Source of the DNA: an uncultured Nitrososphaerales archaeon
Lineage (GTDB): Archaea > Thermoproteota > Nitrososphaeria > Nitrososphaerales > Nitrososphaeraceae
DNA: 64,000 bases
Assembly: GCA_963695855.1 (NCBI GenBank)
Contig: CAVOHZ010000003.1
Coordinates: forward strand, 256,001-320,000
Direction: 5' to 3'
Below, piece after piece: positions 1-11,032 of the stretch (within the stretch, counting starts at the first letter, position 1; every line of letters begins with the position of its first letter). The notes under the pieces were generated by a model that was not told where the DNA came from, did no database searches, and worked only from the letters and a program-made list of their open reading frames with translations. The position numbers and the translations under genes were made by a program.

Positions 1-279
1 TCGTTAACTTAACAGTTGTGTAATCATATTCATTAGTCCTATCTGTAAGATATCACTTATCCTTCTCCCATGTTTCTCATAGTATTATATACTCAGCTAA
101 AGCTCTATCTATCAGGAAATAATTATGAAAGAGGCAAATAGTAGTTTACTATAATTGTCAATCTCTGCATTTACATGACTCTTGATACAGCCCTATTTTA
201 GGATTGAAGGCAACCCAAATAAATATCTAAGAATGCATTTTCTTTTGATTTTAATCATGCTAGTGTGTCAAAAGTGGTA

Positions 280-481
280 GTTTCAAACCTATTTTAGTCA
301 AATTCAAACGGTGTCAAAATTACACAAATGTGTAGGTTTAGAAGGAAAGTAAACCTATTTTAGTCAAGTTCAAACGGTGTCAAAAAATTACACTATTTTA
401 GTCAAATTCAAACCTTGCTTTTACCAACGGAGATTATATACAATCCCTGGTGGTTCAACCCCTATTTTAGTCAAGTCAAAC
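280..481. CRISPR. Degenerate CRISPR-like mini-array (4 repeat copies, 30-bp consensus GTTTCAAACCTATTTTAGTCAAATTCAAAC)
   Basis: Copies at 280-309 (complete), 346-375 (5' end degenerate), 393-413 (truncated) and ~453-481 (degenerate). Intervening sequences are 36 bp, ~17 bp and ~39 bp. The reverse complement ends in GAAAC, as many 30-nt CRISPR repeats do. No cas gene in the window. Confidence 0.6.
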
Positions 482-541
482 TTTTCCGCTTTTTAATCCC
501 CAATATGTGAACTTCTAATATCCTTAGAACCTAACATTCAA

Positions 542-565
542 TGGAGAGGATGGGATTTGAACCCG
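542..565 (-). other. tRNA 3'-end fragment (T-arm, acceptor 3' strand, discriminator); possible att-site relic
   Basis: Minus strand reads CGGGTTCAAATCCCATCCTCTCCA. No matching 5' acceptor strand (GGAGAGG) at the expected distance, so it is not a full tRNA. Confidence 0.55.
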
Positions 566-650
566 TTACTGCTAGTCATGGGATTGCTCTGATGAAACAA
601 GATATTATATTAACTCTTACGAACTAACTAGCTGAAGTCATAAAGAGAAT

Positions 651-690
651 ATTCTCAGCTATAGCTTTTACTGCTTAACTTGACAGAGAC
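651..690 (-). mobile_element. Solo IS6-family terminal fragment
   Basis: attctcagctatagcttttactgcttaacttgacagagac closely matches the end of the IS6 element at 21304-21343 (attctcagctatatcttttgctgcttatctgcacagagcc). Confidence 0.65.
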
Positions 691-1105
691 GAATAATCTA
701 GTAGTTAATATCAGTAGACTATTCGAAATAAATAAAATTATTTTAATACCCTTTTTCTAGTTCTTTTTAAAATCTTTGTTTTTGTGTTCTCAAAAATGAG
801 AAAATAAAGCTGATTAATTTCCAAATTAATTAACATTATTCAACTTTAAAAAGATTTAATTTTAGAAGTAAAAGAAAATCCAACTACAATCTCGAATAAA
901 ATACTGTTATATCAAAAACAACCGATTGAAATTTTAAAGCCACAATACATAATATAAAGACATGGAGATACAATCAGATGAATTATCCCCTTATCTATAT
1001 TATAACTGCAACTTTTAACCATATACATAAACATAAAAATCTAGATACCTTGTTTTTCATCGCAGATGAAGGAGTAGGGCGATTTTACAAATAAATAATT
1101 GAGTT

Positions 1106-2056
1106 TCATTGAGACAACAATGAACGCATCAAAAGCAAAATATTTCTTTTCCTCTCTTTGAGTCTACGTATGGAATAGGGTAACCAGTTCTGACCATATG
1201 GAACATATTCATAAATTTGAAAACCTCTCCCTAATAACTCCATTTTTAGGTTATCTCGGATACCCTTCAAGAATTGAAATTGTAAATTTTCCTTGTTTAA
1301 TCTAGATTCATAAAATAGACATATCGTCTTTTCTATGAGCTTTGAATCGTGTGTTGCTATTGCAATAACACGATTTTCGAATTTTATTTCATTATCTTGC
1401 GAGAATAGTATCCTTACTAATTTCAAATAATTTTCATCTACTTGAAGTTTAGATTGATAGGCAATATCTTCTGATTCTTTATACGCACCTTTTACTATCC
1501 TTATATTAGAGTTATACTTGAGTACGTCAATTAAATCTGAATAACTCCTCTTAAGGTAGGATTGTAATACTATACCTACTCTATCATTTTGTTTTATTAT
1601 TTCTTTGTAGAGTGCTATGGTTGAGCCAACAAATTTGTAAGACTCCATGTCTAACCAAACAAATACTTTTGTTCGGCTGGCAACATCCAATAATTGTTGA
1701 AAATTCTTTAAGCAAAAATCATAACCTAATGTGAGCCCGATCTGAGTTGGTTTAACAGATATCGATGCTATTAATTTCTGTGTCTTTATTGCATTCAATA
1801 ATGAAATATATTCTTTAATGGTTTTCCTTACACTTTCAACTTCAGTGAGATCCTCTCCAAGGTAATTTAAAATACAATAAACACCACGATCGTTCGCTTT
1901 TTTTGCATAAGATAAAACTTGATCTATTGAATATCCTGCTATCCATTTTTTTGCAAGTATAAAGAGCAATTTTTCCAATAAAGCGGGGTCATAGTCATGA
2001 GAATAAGGATGATGTCCATAGGGATCTTTCCAAGAGGAATTGTTTGAAAATGACAT
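1106..2056 (-). CDS. putB: Proline dehydrogenase (monofunctional ProDH)
   Basis: Motifs WIAG, ISVKPTQIG, WLDME, RIVKGAYKE, AIATHD, YVPYG..W.PY..RRLKER. Confidence 0.92.
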   Translation of the reverse strand: MSFSNNSSWKDPYGHHPYSHDYDPALLEKLLFILAKKWIAGYSIDQVLSYAKKANDRGVYCILNYLGEDLTEVESVRKTIKEYISLLNAIKTQKLIASISVKPTQIGLTLGYDFCLKNFQQLLDVASRTKVFVWLDMESYKFVGSTIALYKEIIKQNDRVGIVLQSYLKRSYSDLIDVLKYNSNIRIVKGAYKESEDIAYQSKLQVDENYLKLVRILFSQDNEIKFENRVIAIATHDSKLIEKTICLFYESRLNKENLQFQFLKGIRDNLKMELLGRGFQIYEYVPYGQNWLPYSIRRLKERKRNILLLMRSLLSQ

Positions 2057-2849
2057 CTTTTCTAATAATGTTTGTTATTTCATTGTAATTTTTATTTTTT
2101 TCATCAGTATAAGCCTAAAAATTATAAACATAACCAATTAATCCCAATAATTTTAGTAAAAAAAATTTGAAACTTATTTACCATGGTATCGATGTTTCTA
2201 TTTTTAGACCATTATAAAAAGTATCAAAGAAAGGACTGAACTTTTTTTTAAATAAATTAAAATTCCCCTAGATTATATGCTATATGGGTTAGTAATTTCA
2301 AATTCTAAAAGATAATCATCTTGACATAAACATATTTGAAAATAGCTCGACTTAAATGGCCATTGGTAGGTTTTTTAAAGATTAAAGTCAAAGTTGTGAG
2401 TTTTATAGAAAAGCTACAAAATCTTCTTAGTATACAATATTTAAAAAATGCATTAAACAGGTTAATTGAAGATAAATTCCAATAATTACAAATAGCGAAA
2501 TCCATTAAAGTAGCTTATAACGGAAATCCCATAATAATATGCAAAGCATGGATTTTTCTAGGTTTCCAATAGAGCAAATTAGAAATTAATTGCAAATGGG
2601 AAATAGGAATAATTTTTAATTGTAAAAATGTAACTAACTCAAACTCGAATATTTATTTTGTTATTTTATTTTCATGACAAATAGGCCTTGTTTATTTGAG
2701 TATTATGTTTTGGTGAAAAATCACATGAGCCAATAAATTAGAACAAAAGAGATCTTAATCTATTTCAATTAGCATTTTATATTCGTTCAGGATGATTAGA
2801 TGTTCATGTAAAAATGATAAAAGAATACTAGGTAGACAATATTTTTATT

Positions 2850-3745
2850 CTACTGAGGTTATTTTGGGATGTTTTGTTGTACTTGGCTATGGTGGATACT
2901 TAGAAAGCATTATAAGAATATCTTGCAACGAATCTGGATATATCATATAACAAAAAGATAATTATAACATGTGGAATATCGACAGTACCAAATACAAGAA
3001 CACATAACACAGGTCTCGAATGCAGTATCTCAAGATACTAAAAGCGGGTATATCGCCATCTAAGAAACTTTTTGTTTATAGAAAATGGTTGATGTGAACA
3101 TTGCTTCGATACAAGGTACCATTATCAAAGGTAAAGAGTCTGTCTGGCAGAAATGTAATATGATTGAATGGATAGTATCAGGTTCTGGTATTGATATAAA
3201 TGCAAGATAGGGATTCAGCAATACCAGAAGTTGAATATTTGGGTATAAATTACGCTTCTTGTAAAGTACTGGTACCTTTATTGTACCTTTGGCAGCAAAT
3301 TTAACAACAGTAAATACAACTTACAATCAGATGTATAGTACAATAATATACGGTCTACCCGTTACAATAATTAGAAAAGCATCACTCTTGTCTGCAGATC
3401 GAGGATATGACGATCATAAACTCAATCAACTAAGCACGGATACGGAATTTCAGCTAATGTGTCCAGAACACGGATAAGCAAATATCCCTGCTGATAGGAT
3501 CAAATTTGTTGAGTTTTATGAATCTAATGGAAATTCTATCTATTCGCTGAGAAGGTAATCAACTAATGCATTGACAGAACATATCAATTCTCTTCTTAGG
3601 ATAGATCCGTTAGCTGTAAGAGCATATGATAAGACTTGTGCTTCGGTACTGTTATCAGTCTTGCTATACCAGATAGTTGTATATTATAACTATAAACCTA
3701 AAAAAGATAATTCCAGGGAAATCAAACACATGTTATGGACATAAC
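2850..3745 (+). pseudogene. Decayed DDE transposase (IS5/IS4-like, DDE_Tnp_1 type)
   Basis: Fragments across frames read GIDINAR*GFS..IFGYKL and SADRGYDDHKL, with many stops and frameshifts. Boundaries approximate. Confidence 0.7.
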
Positions 3746-3830
3746 TATAGATTAGATAGTATTGTCAGCATATGACGTTTGTTTACTGATTTACATACCC
3801 TCAACTGGCTAAAGTCAATATTAGACATTC

Positions 3831-3838
3831 TTTTATAT
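3831..3838 (+). promoter_or_regulatory. Candidate archaeal TATA box for thiC
   Basis: TTTTATAT about 30 nt upstream of the thiC ATG, consistent with a short or leaderless transcript. The AT-rich background weakens the call. Confidence 0.35.
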
Positions 3839-3867
3839 CCATATTGAGTATATTTATTTGAAAGAAA

Positions 3868-5208
3868 ATGAGTACTCAGATGAGTAGTGCAAGAAGGGGA
3901 ATTGCAACTAAAGAGATGATTCAAGTTGCGAAGGACGAGGATATCGATTTAAATTTTCTTATTCAAAAAGTTGCCAGTGGTTCTATAATTATTCCAAGAA
4001 ACAATGTAAGGAGACAGGATATAAAAGTTGTAGGCATAGGTAAAGGCCTTCGAACGAAAGTAAATGTAAACATTGGAACATCTACTCTTTATCAAAATAT
4101 AGATGAAGAGATTGCAAAAGCGAAGGTTGCAGTAAAGTATGGGGGAGACACCATAATGGATTTATCTGATGGAGGAGACTTGAATTTAATAAGAGAAAAA
4201 CTCTTAGAAGCTGCACCTATAACCTTTGGAACCGTTCCAATTTATCAAGCGTATGCATATGGAGTAGAAAAATACAAAAACCCACTGAATATAACTGAAG
4301 ATGATTTTCTCAATGCTTTCGAAAAACATGTAAAAGATGGAGTAGACTATACTACTATTCATTCAGGAATAACTAGAGAGCTTGCAAATAGGATATTAGA
4401 AGTAAAAAGACATGCAGGTATTGTTTCTAAAGGTGGGACAATTACAGCCGCATGGATGCTAAAATACGAAAGAGAAAATCCCTATTTCGAACATTTTGAT
4501 TATATGTGTGAAATTGCAAAAAAATATGATGTTACTTTCAGTCTTGGTGACGCATTAAGACCAGGGTCTATTTTGGATTCTCATGACGAGCTTCAGATTG
4601 CAGAGATGATAAATGTAGCGCGTCTAGCAAAACGCGCACATGAATATGAAGTTCAGGTAATGATTGAAGGACCTGGTCATGTACCGTTAGATCAGGTAGC
4701 AGCCAATGTTAGACTGGCAAAATCTCTCATAGGTGAGGTGCCTTATTATGTATTGGGACCTCTAGTTACTGACATAGCCGCTGGGTACAATCACATAGCC
4801 AGTGCAATAGGGGCCGCAATTTCAGCATCAGAGGGTGTAGACCTATTATGTTATTTAACCCCTGCGGAGCACCTCGCATTGCCCACGGTTGAGGATGTCA
4901 AAGAGGGTTTAATAGCTTACAGAATTGCTGCTCATGCTGGCGACCTGGTAAAAATAAGGGACAAGGCCATAAAATGGGACAAAGAAATAACAAAAGCAAG
5001 AAGGACACTTAATTGGCAGAAACAGATTGAACTTGCAATAAACCCAGAAGAAGCAGAAAGAATTCACAAAAGACAAGGTCAACATGAAGGTAATAATGTG
5101 CCATGTACAATGTGTGGCGGGGCATGTGTGTATATAATGTTGCCACAACAAAGGAAATATGAAGAGAAATCTGACGAAAATGAATACCAAAAAGCAACAA
5201 ATAACTGA
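3868..5208 (+). CDS. thiC: Phosphomethylpyrimidine synthase
   Basis: TKVNVNIGTS, DTIMDLS, GTVPIYQA, SLGDALRPG, MIEGPGH, YVLGPLVTD, and C-terminal CTMCG..C cluster motif. Confidence 0.97.
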   Translation: MSTQMSSARRGIATKEMIQVAKDEDIDLNFLIQKVASGSIIIPRNNVRRQDIKVVGIGKGLRTKVNVNIGTSTLYQNIDEEIAKAKVAVKYGGDTIMDLSDGGDLNLIREKLLEAAPITFGTVPIYQAYAYGVEKYKNPLNITEDDFLNAFEKHVKDGVDYTTIHSGITRELANRILEVKRHAGIVSKGGTITAAWMLKYERENPYFEHFDYMCEIAKKYDVTFSLGDALRPGSILDSHDELQIAEMINVARLAKRAHEYEVQVMIEGPGHVPLDQVAANVRLAKSLIGEVPYYVLGPLVTDIAAGYNHIASAIGAAISASEGVDLLCYLTPAEHLALPTVEDVKEGLIAYRIAAHAGDLVKIRDKAIKWDKEITKARRTLNWQKQIELAINPEEAERIHKRQGQHEGNNVPCTMCGGACVYIMLPQQRKYEEKSDENEYQKATNN

Positions 5209-5354
5209 TTGAATACACAAATTATTATAACAGTTATTTTTTGACTAAATCTACGGTATATAAAATTATTATTGATACTCGAAATGACTTCATAAGATAA
5301 CTGGAAGGATAACAAAAAAGTTAAGTAATGCTCAATGTTATTATTAAATCTAAA

Positions 5355-5498
5355 ATGTTTGGTAAAGCTGAATGTAGGTTATGTGGTGAAAATGTACGAT
5401 TTGCACTACGTCATTTGAAAACAAAACATAAAGAAGAATTTGAAAAAGTAACGCATCTTGAGATGTCAAAAATAATGAAAAAATATTTCAAGGAATAA
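5355..5498 (+). CDS. Small C2H2-type zinc-finger protein (47 aa; not in ORF track)
   Basis: Reads MFGKAECRLCGENVRFALRHLKTKHKEEFEKVTHLEMSKIMKKYFKE*, with CxxC...HxxxxH. An alternative in-frame ATG lies at 5328. Confidence 0.7.
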   Translation: MFGKAECRLCGENVRFALRHLKTKHKEEFEKVTHLEMSKIMKKYFKE

Positions 5499-6296
5499 TA
5501 CCAAACTCCAAACGGGCAGTTGATTCATTTATTCACCATAATTAATTGATCGTTTTGATATTTCAAAGAATATTTTGGTACACAATAAGAAGATTATTGC
5601 CAGTATTTTTGACCATATTCTTTATTATTCAGCGTTATCAGGTTTATATACTGCAAAATTCCAATTTAATATACTAAAAGACCTAATGATTTAATATTTT
5701 TGTTATTTTCACTTAAAATCTCATTGTCCTTTGGATGTTCTAGTAATTTCGCTTGCTCTGTGCAACATACCTAGGCTTCTAAATATAATTTTTATTTTCG
5801 CCAACACAGATTCAAATTTTAAGCCTTTGAAAATAAGCACAGAAGAAGGCAATAAGTGTGTAAAACTGCATCAGTGTTTTCGATCCTATGTGCAATAATA
5901 TTACCCATCCTCCGTTCTATGTTAGGTTTGATTTTCTCAATTATCCTTTTGCTTCTCAATTTTTTTTACTGGATTTTCTTGATTTAAAATATCAAATAAC
6001 GTCATAGACAAATACGAATTCATCGTTGGTTATATCAACATACAGGTTTTATAAAATTGGTGAAATTAATGCCATTAGATAGAAATTTTTTGTATGTTTG
6101 AGGAATTTCTCGTTATGATATCCTTTCGAATAAAAAACATATTTTAAAATGATTAAACCTTAACCCATTTATTATAAATACCAATGTAATTGATAAAAGA
6201 ATTTTCAAATTCAATGAATATTCCTGAAGGATATGATTATAATAAAGAAAATTAAAGATTTCTTTTTATTATGCCCCAGATAAATAGCAATTTTAG

Positions 6297-7586
6297 TTGA
6301 AAAAAGTATATCATGACGTTAATGATGGTCTCATAAATCTTTCCGAGATGAATTTTGAAGTTTCTAATAATCAAAAAAATTTTCTTGAAAGAGTAGACAA
6401 AGTATGTAAATCATTAAGATTAAATGAAGAAAAATCTTATCTAAGAGGATCAATAAACGAAAAACTGATTCCAGAATTTAGTAAAATAGGCATGTTGGGT
6501 TGTCCTATCTCGAAGAGATTTGGTGGATTAGGACATGATATTTTGACTTATTTACTTGCATTAGAGAGGATAGGTGAAGAAGGAAGCTCTATGAGAACTT
6601 TTTTTTCATGTCATACATCTATTGGACAGTTGGTCCTACAAATGTGGTCAAATAACGAACAAAAAAGAAGATATCTCCCAAATACCACAAATGGTAAAGC
6701 AGTTATGGCTTTTGCGCTAACAGAGCCAGAGGCAGGAAGTGATCCGTCTTTAATAAAAACCAGCTTTGAGAATAAAGGAGATCATTATTTGATTCATGGA
6801 AAAAAACATTGGATCGGAAATGGTACATTTGCTAAAATTATAACAACGTATGCAAAAGAAAAGGGAAACAGTAGCTCAAACATCTCTGCGTTCATTATAG
6901 ACATGGATTCTCCACATATTAAAAAAAGAGAGATCAAAAATAAAATGGGCTTATTGACTGTTAAAAATGCAATAATAGAATTTGATAAGTGTAAGATCCC
7001 TAAAGATAATCTATTGGGGGTTCAGGGTCAAGGGTTAAGCATAGCATTTAGCGCCCTGATAGATGGTCGGTTGAGTGTTGCTGCAGGAGCAATCGGAGTC
7101 ATGACTGATTGCCTAAAGCAAGTCGTAGAATATTCAAAAAAACGATATCAACACGGTTCTTATCTAGCAAACAAACAATTAATTCAACGACACATAGCCA
7201 AAATTGCGATTTCAATAGAAACTACTAAATGGGTTACCTACCGTGCAGCCATAGCCAAACAAAAACTCAATGATTATATCGAATCTCTAAAACAAAATGA
7301 TCAAAAATGGATAATTAAATTAAATAGGAATAACAAAATTTATTCAGATTTGAGAAGAGAAAGTGACAAATTGGCAGCTATTGCCAAACATTATGCAACA
7401 AACTCGTCTTTCGATGTTGCAAATAGATCTGTTCAAATTTTTGGTTCTGAAGGATATAAGAAAACTTCAAGAGTTGCCAGACATTTTCTAGATTCCAGAG
7501 CCACTACGATATATGAAGGCACAAATGAAGTGATAGAGTTAAAGATAGCATCTGAAATATTGGGAAGTAATTTCAACGCATATTAA
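6297..7586 (+). CDS. Acyl-CoA dehydrogenase family protein
   Basis: FALTEPEAGSD, GKKHWIGNG, GRLSVAAGAIG, VQIFGSEGY, IYEGTNEV. Confidence 0.92.
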   Translation: MKKVYHDVNDGLINLSEMNFEVSNNQKNFLERVDKVCKSLRLNEEKSYLRGSINEKLIPEFSKIGMLGCPISKRFGGLGHDILTYLLALERIGEEGSSMRTFFSCHTSIGQLVLQMWSNNEQKRRYLPNTTNGKAVMAFALTEPEAGSDPSLIKTSFENKGDHYLIHGKKHWIGNGTFAKIITTYAKEKGNSSSNISAFIIDMDSPHIKKREIKNKMGLLTVKNAIIEFDKCKIPKDNLLGVQGQGLSIAFSALIDGRLSVAAGAIGVMTDCLKQVVEYSKKRYQHGSYLANKQLIQRHIAKIAISIETTKWVTYRAAIAKQKLNDYIESLKQNDQKWIIKLNRNNKIYSDLRRESDKLAAIAKHYATNSSFDVANRSVQIFGSEGYKKTSRVARHFLDSRATTIYEGTNEVIELKIASEILGSNFNAY

Positions 7587-7712
7587 ATGAAAAGTAATCT
7601 GGTAATCAATAACCAAAAATAACATTCTTAATTTTATTAATAATTTCTGTATTTATGTTTGTTATTTATAGACATGTTATAAAAATTGAAATCTAAAGTT
7701 TAGAAAAAGAAA

Positions 7713-8576
7713 TTATTTCTTGATAGAGGCAAGTATTTCTTTTAACAATCTTGCTGAAAAATTTGCAGTAACATCGTTAACATCATAAGAAGGAGACAAT
7801 TCAACGATATCACAACCGATAACACTTTTCTTTTCAAGAATTTTCTTAACAAGATATGTTAATTCTAATGTAGATAATCCGCATGGAGTTGGAACAGATA
7901 TGCCTGGAGCAAATGCAGGATCTAAACAGTCAAGATCTATTGAGATATATATGTCGTTATCATCAGACTTATCGATACATGTATCAGAAATTTTTTTTAG
8001 TGTTTTTTTAATTCCTATTTCTTGGATTTCTAGTGGATTAATAATAACAGCTTTATGTTCCTTCAGATTACACATTTCTTCTGGTTCGCATGCCCTTGTT
8101 CCAATAAAAATACTTGACCTAATATTAATAAAATCAATCGAATCGCTCACAACTGATCCATAATAATCTTTTACCGAAGTAACGAAATCAGGATGAGCGT
8201 CAAAATATATTAAATTAATTTTTTTGTTAGTATATTTTCCTATTGCTTTTATCGTAGAAGTAGTTATGGAATGATCACCTCCAATGACAATTGGAATTTT
8301 ATTTTGTAATAAGACATCGGAAATAATGGCATAGAGTTGATCTCTTTTTATATTACCCAGATCAAATATTTTTTTATTATCTATTCGTCCTTTCATGGGA
8401 AGAATAGGAATTTTTTTTCCTGATCTTTTAAAATTTTCTGAGTTTTCAAATGCCTTACGCAAGGCATTAGGTCCATCACGGGCGCCCTTTCTTGGAGCTT
8501 TAGATTTTGATTCATCGGGAACCCCTATGACAACGATATCAGCATCAGAAAAAGATTTGACGTTTGAACAAGGCAT
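7713..8576 (-). CDS. Ureohydrolase (arginase/agmatinase family)
   Basis: GGDHSIT, FDAHPD, SIDLDCLDP..APG, DIVELSP. The His normally found before Gly after DAHxD is replaced (DYYGS). Confidence 0.9.
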   Translation of the reverse strand: MPCSNVKSFSDADIVVIGVPDESKSKAPRKGARDGPNALRKAFENSENFKRSGKKIPILPMKGRIDNKKIFDLGNIKRDQLYAIISDVLLQNKIPIVIGGDHSITTSTIKAIGKYTNKKINLIYFDAHPDFVTSVKDYYGSVVSDSIDFINIRSSIFIGTRACEPEEMCNLKEHKAVIINPLEIQEIGIKKTLKKISDTCIDKSDDNDIYISIDLDCLDPAFAPGISVPTPCGLSTLELTYLVKKILEKKSVIGCDIVELSPSYDVNDVTANFSARLLKEILASIKK

Positions 8577-8759
8577 ATAAATCAGATTCTAATAGAATAA
8601 TAAACTTTATTTCAATGTTTTTTTGCGAGTCAAAAAGTCTACGTACTAGTAATATTTTTTCTAAAATGCACAGATTTATTATAATCTAGGTTTATCAAAA
8701 TATTTTGAATTCATCATATAAAAAAGAATAAAAATACAAAAATAATTTTGACATTTAAG

Positions 8760-9000
8760 ATATTTACTAGCTTTGTACGCAACCAGAAGCGATATTGTTA
8801 AAGATTGTAAGACTGATGGTATTTGTCGGTATCAGTTCTCCGTTCTTTGCCAGTATTTTGTGTTATGACTATAGCAAAATCGTTCTAGCGAGACGTGGTA
8901 ATACTATCACCCAATAATTTTCATCAACAATAATGCTTGTAATTTGTGGCCCTAGTATACTTCGATAAACATGTCAGTTCATTTACTGGATCTAGAATTA
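8760..9000 (-). pseudogene. Possible heavily decayed DDE transposase fragment
   Basis: Minus-strand fragment GHKLQALL resembles the GYKLH motif of IS5-like transposases. Very degenerate. Confidence 0.25.
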
Positions 9001-9819
9001 TTTCTATTAATTCTTGAAATTCTTGAAATACAACAAGTACGTAGTTCAGAATAGTATATTCTTTTTTGAAAATCTAATCACCATTCAAAACGTTTAAGTC
9101 TTCTGAACGAAATATAATTTCCCATTCTGTTTTCGTTAATATCACTTTTAAACCTCCAAATAAGATGTTAAATATCATATTCTCGAGACATAAACCTCAA
9201 ATGGTTGTTTAAAATAAATGTACAATCGGAGTTAAATACAGGTCTTACTGATGGCTTGGTCATAAGACGTCATATGTCAGTAATAAAATCTCATCCTAAA
9301 TCCTAGGTTAAGGGTATTGTATCTTGTTATCAGAATATAAGGTAATTAATACAATATTTCTTCAGGATAACGCATGTAATAGTCTTTATAATGAATAACT
9401 GGATTTGTATACATATACAGATTTATTAAATTAACATTCGTTATCATAACTACGAAAAAAATAGATTAATGTTGTGCATATTTATTCTAAAATTATGGCG
9501 AAATCATATTTGAAAAATTACATGGTCTTTAGAAACTATACGACCTAACATAATTTCGTTTACAGATTACTCTTAACACAGTATGGTTTTTTGGTGGTTG
9601 AAGATGATGATTTTTTAAATTGTAAGGATTTAGAAAAGCTTCTCAAGCAGTATGTCATTAGATATTTGTATTTAGGAGGTAAAATATTTAACATACAAAA
9701 ATTACCTCAAATCTACACCAACAATCAATTGAGGCTTCTATAAAATGTCTATAGTGAGCAGCATTACTATTAGAAAAGTATATTTTATTTACAATGTTAT
9801 AATTTATTGATAACGCTCG

Positions 9820-10362
9820 ATGTCTAAAGAAAATGTCAACAAAGGACGAGAAAAAAGTATCAATAAAGATTATTTTCGGGGAGATGTAAAAATGATTGAG
9901 ATTTTACATAAAGAAAACTCATCTGAATATGAAATGTACCATGTTTTTTTCATAAATAATGCTATAACTACTATTCATTACCATGAAACCGAACAAATTC
10001 TTATTGGTACAAAAGGGAAAGGAATAGTATGTACTTTAAAAGAAAATTTTGTAGAAAATATTTCGAAACCTGAGAAGGTGTTTATAATAGAAGAAGGAGA
10101 TGTCGTTAGTATTCCTGCATACGTATTTCATTTCCATGGATCATTTTCTGAGAAAGAATTTTCACATATAGCGTTCAGAGGTAGAAGAATGTTAAATCCA
10201 GAGGGAAAAATAGTTGACGCTAAAAATGTGTGGGAGATAGATTATCTGGAAAAAACATTCGGACCAGATAAAACAAGTGTTAAAGAGATTACCAAACAAA
10301 TTGACAATGATATAGCAAATTTGATTAGAAATTTAAAGCAAAAATATGTATTTGAAATGTAA
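9820..10362 (+). CDS. Cupin-domain protein
   Basis: HYHETEQ motif 1 and GDVVSIPAYVFHFHG motif 2. Confidence 0.85.
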   Translation: MSKENVNKGREKSINKDYFRGDVKMIEILHKENSSEYEMYHVFFINNAITTIHYHETEQILIGTKGKGIVCTLKENFVENISKPEKVFIIEEGDVVSIPAYVFHFHGSFSEKEFSHIAFRGRRMLNPEGKIVDAKNVWEIDYLEKTFGPDKTSVKEITKQIDNDIANLIRNLKQKYVFEM

Positions 10363-10402
10363 TATAATAAAATTAAAGAAATTAAATACGATTTTTTTCA
10401 TC

Positions 10403-10969
10403 TTACCTTAGATCACTTAGAGATGAGAAAGAATCTGAAGAGAACTTGTTTTTGGAATAAATAAAAAAATTTTTAACTTCTTTTTTGTAAAGATAATATA
10501 TTATTAAACTGTTTATTATGATAGTAAAGATATTTCCTCCAAAAATAGCTAAGCTATCATCAATTACATTTACCATGTTTAAAACAGCAGAGGCTATTAA
10601 AATTATCATTACATTGATCAATATTCCCATGACAGCTATGATAATTGTCATTTTACGAGCCCATGATCTTGCTCTTAGTAATCCATATGCTATAAAGAAA
10701 TGAATAAATGAAAACACTACAAGTAATATGCCTACAAAATAAAGAAAATAATCAAAATTTTCCATAACTGTTTCAAAATCTTCTCTAGAAAATGAGGTAT
10801 TCGAGTTTTGAGTATCAAAACCACCTAAAGTAGAATTCAGTAGATCTGTTCTTGAATTAAAATTTGATGAAATGACAAAACTTGATAAACCACTAAGAAG
10901 AAGAAATGATCCATTAATTATCATCAGTATTGCGATAATGGTAACACCTAACGGTCTTTTGACATGCAT
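10403..10969 (-). CDS. Membrane protein (about 4 TM; RPLGVTIIAIL family)
   Basis: N-terminal RPLGVTIIAIL, YGLLRARSWAR and IIYYL..EVK..F patterns typical of a common archaeal membrane-protein family. Confidence 0.75.
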   Translation of the reverse strand: MHVKRPLGVTIIAILMIINGSFLLLSGLSSFVISSNFNSRTDLLNSTLGGFDTQNSNTSFSREDFETVMENFDYFLYFVGILLVVFSFIHFFIAYGLLRARSWARKMTIIIAVMGILINVMIILIASAVLNMVNVIDDSLAIFGGNIFTIIINSLIIYYLYKKEVKNFFIYSKNKFSSDSFSSLSDLR

Positions 10970-11032
10970 TTATCTTAAAATATTATTAACAGCCTAATAA
11001 GTATAAAAAAGTTCAAAAATCTAAAGAAAACA

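Noticed and set aside
188-214. Fifth CRISPR repeat copy (ccctattttagg...caac)
   Set aside because: Shares only the CCTATTTTAG core, and its spacing from the first repeat is not spacer-like.
542-630. Complete tRNA gene
   Set aside because: Only the T-arm and 3' acceptor strand are present; no D-arm, anticodon arm or 5' strand.
3545-3580. GCTGAGA motif upstream of thiC suggesting a TPP riboswitch
   Set aside because: It lies inside the decayed transposase about 320 bp upstream and lacks the downstream CCTGA..GGNTAAT.CC.GCG.AGG elements.
4909-5315. Three antisense ORFs over the thiC 3' end
   Set aside because: Shadow ORFs opposite a highly conserved gene, with no motifs. The same applies to the other antisense ORFs over identified genes.
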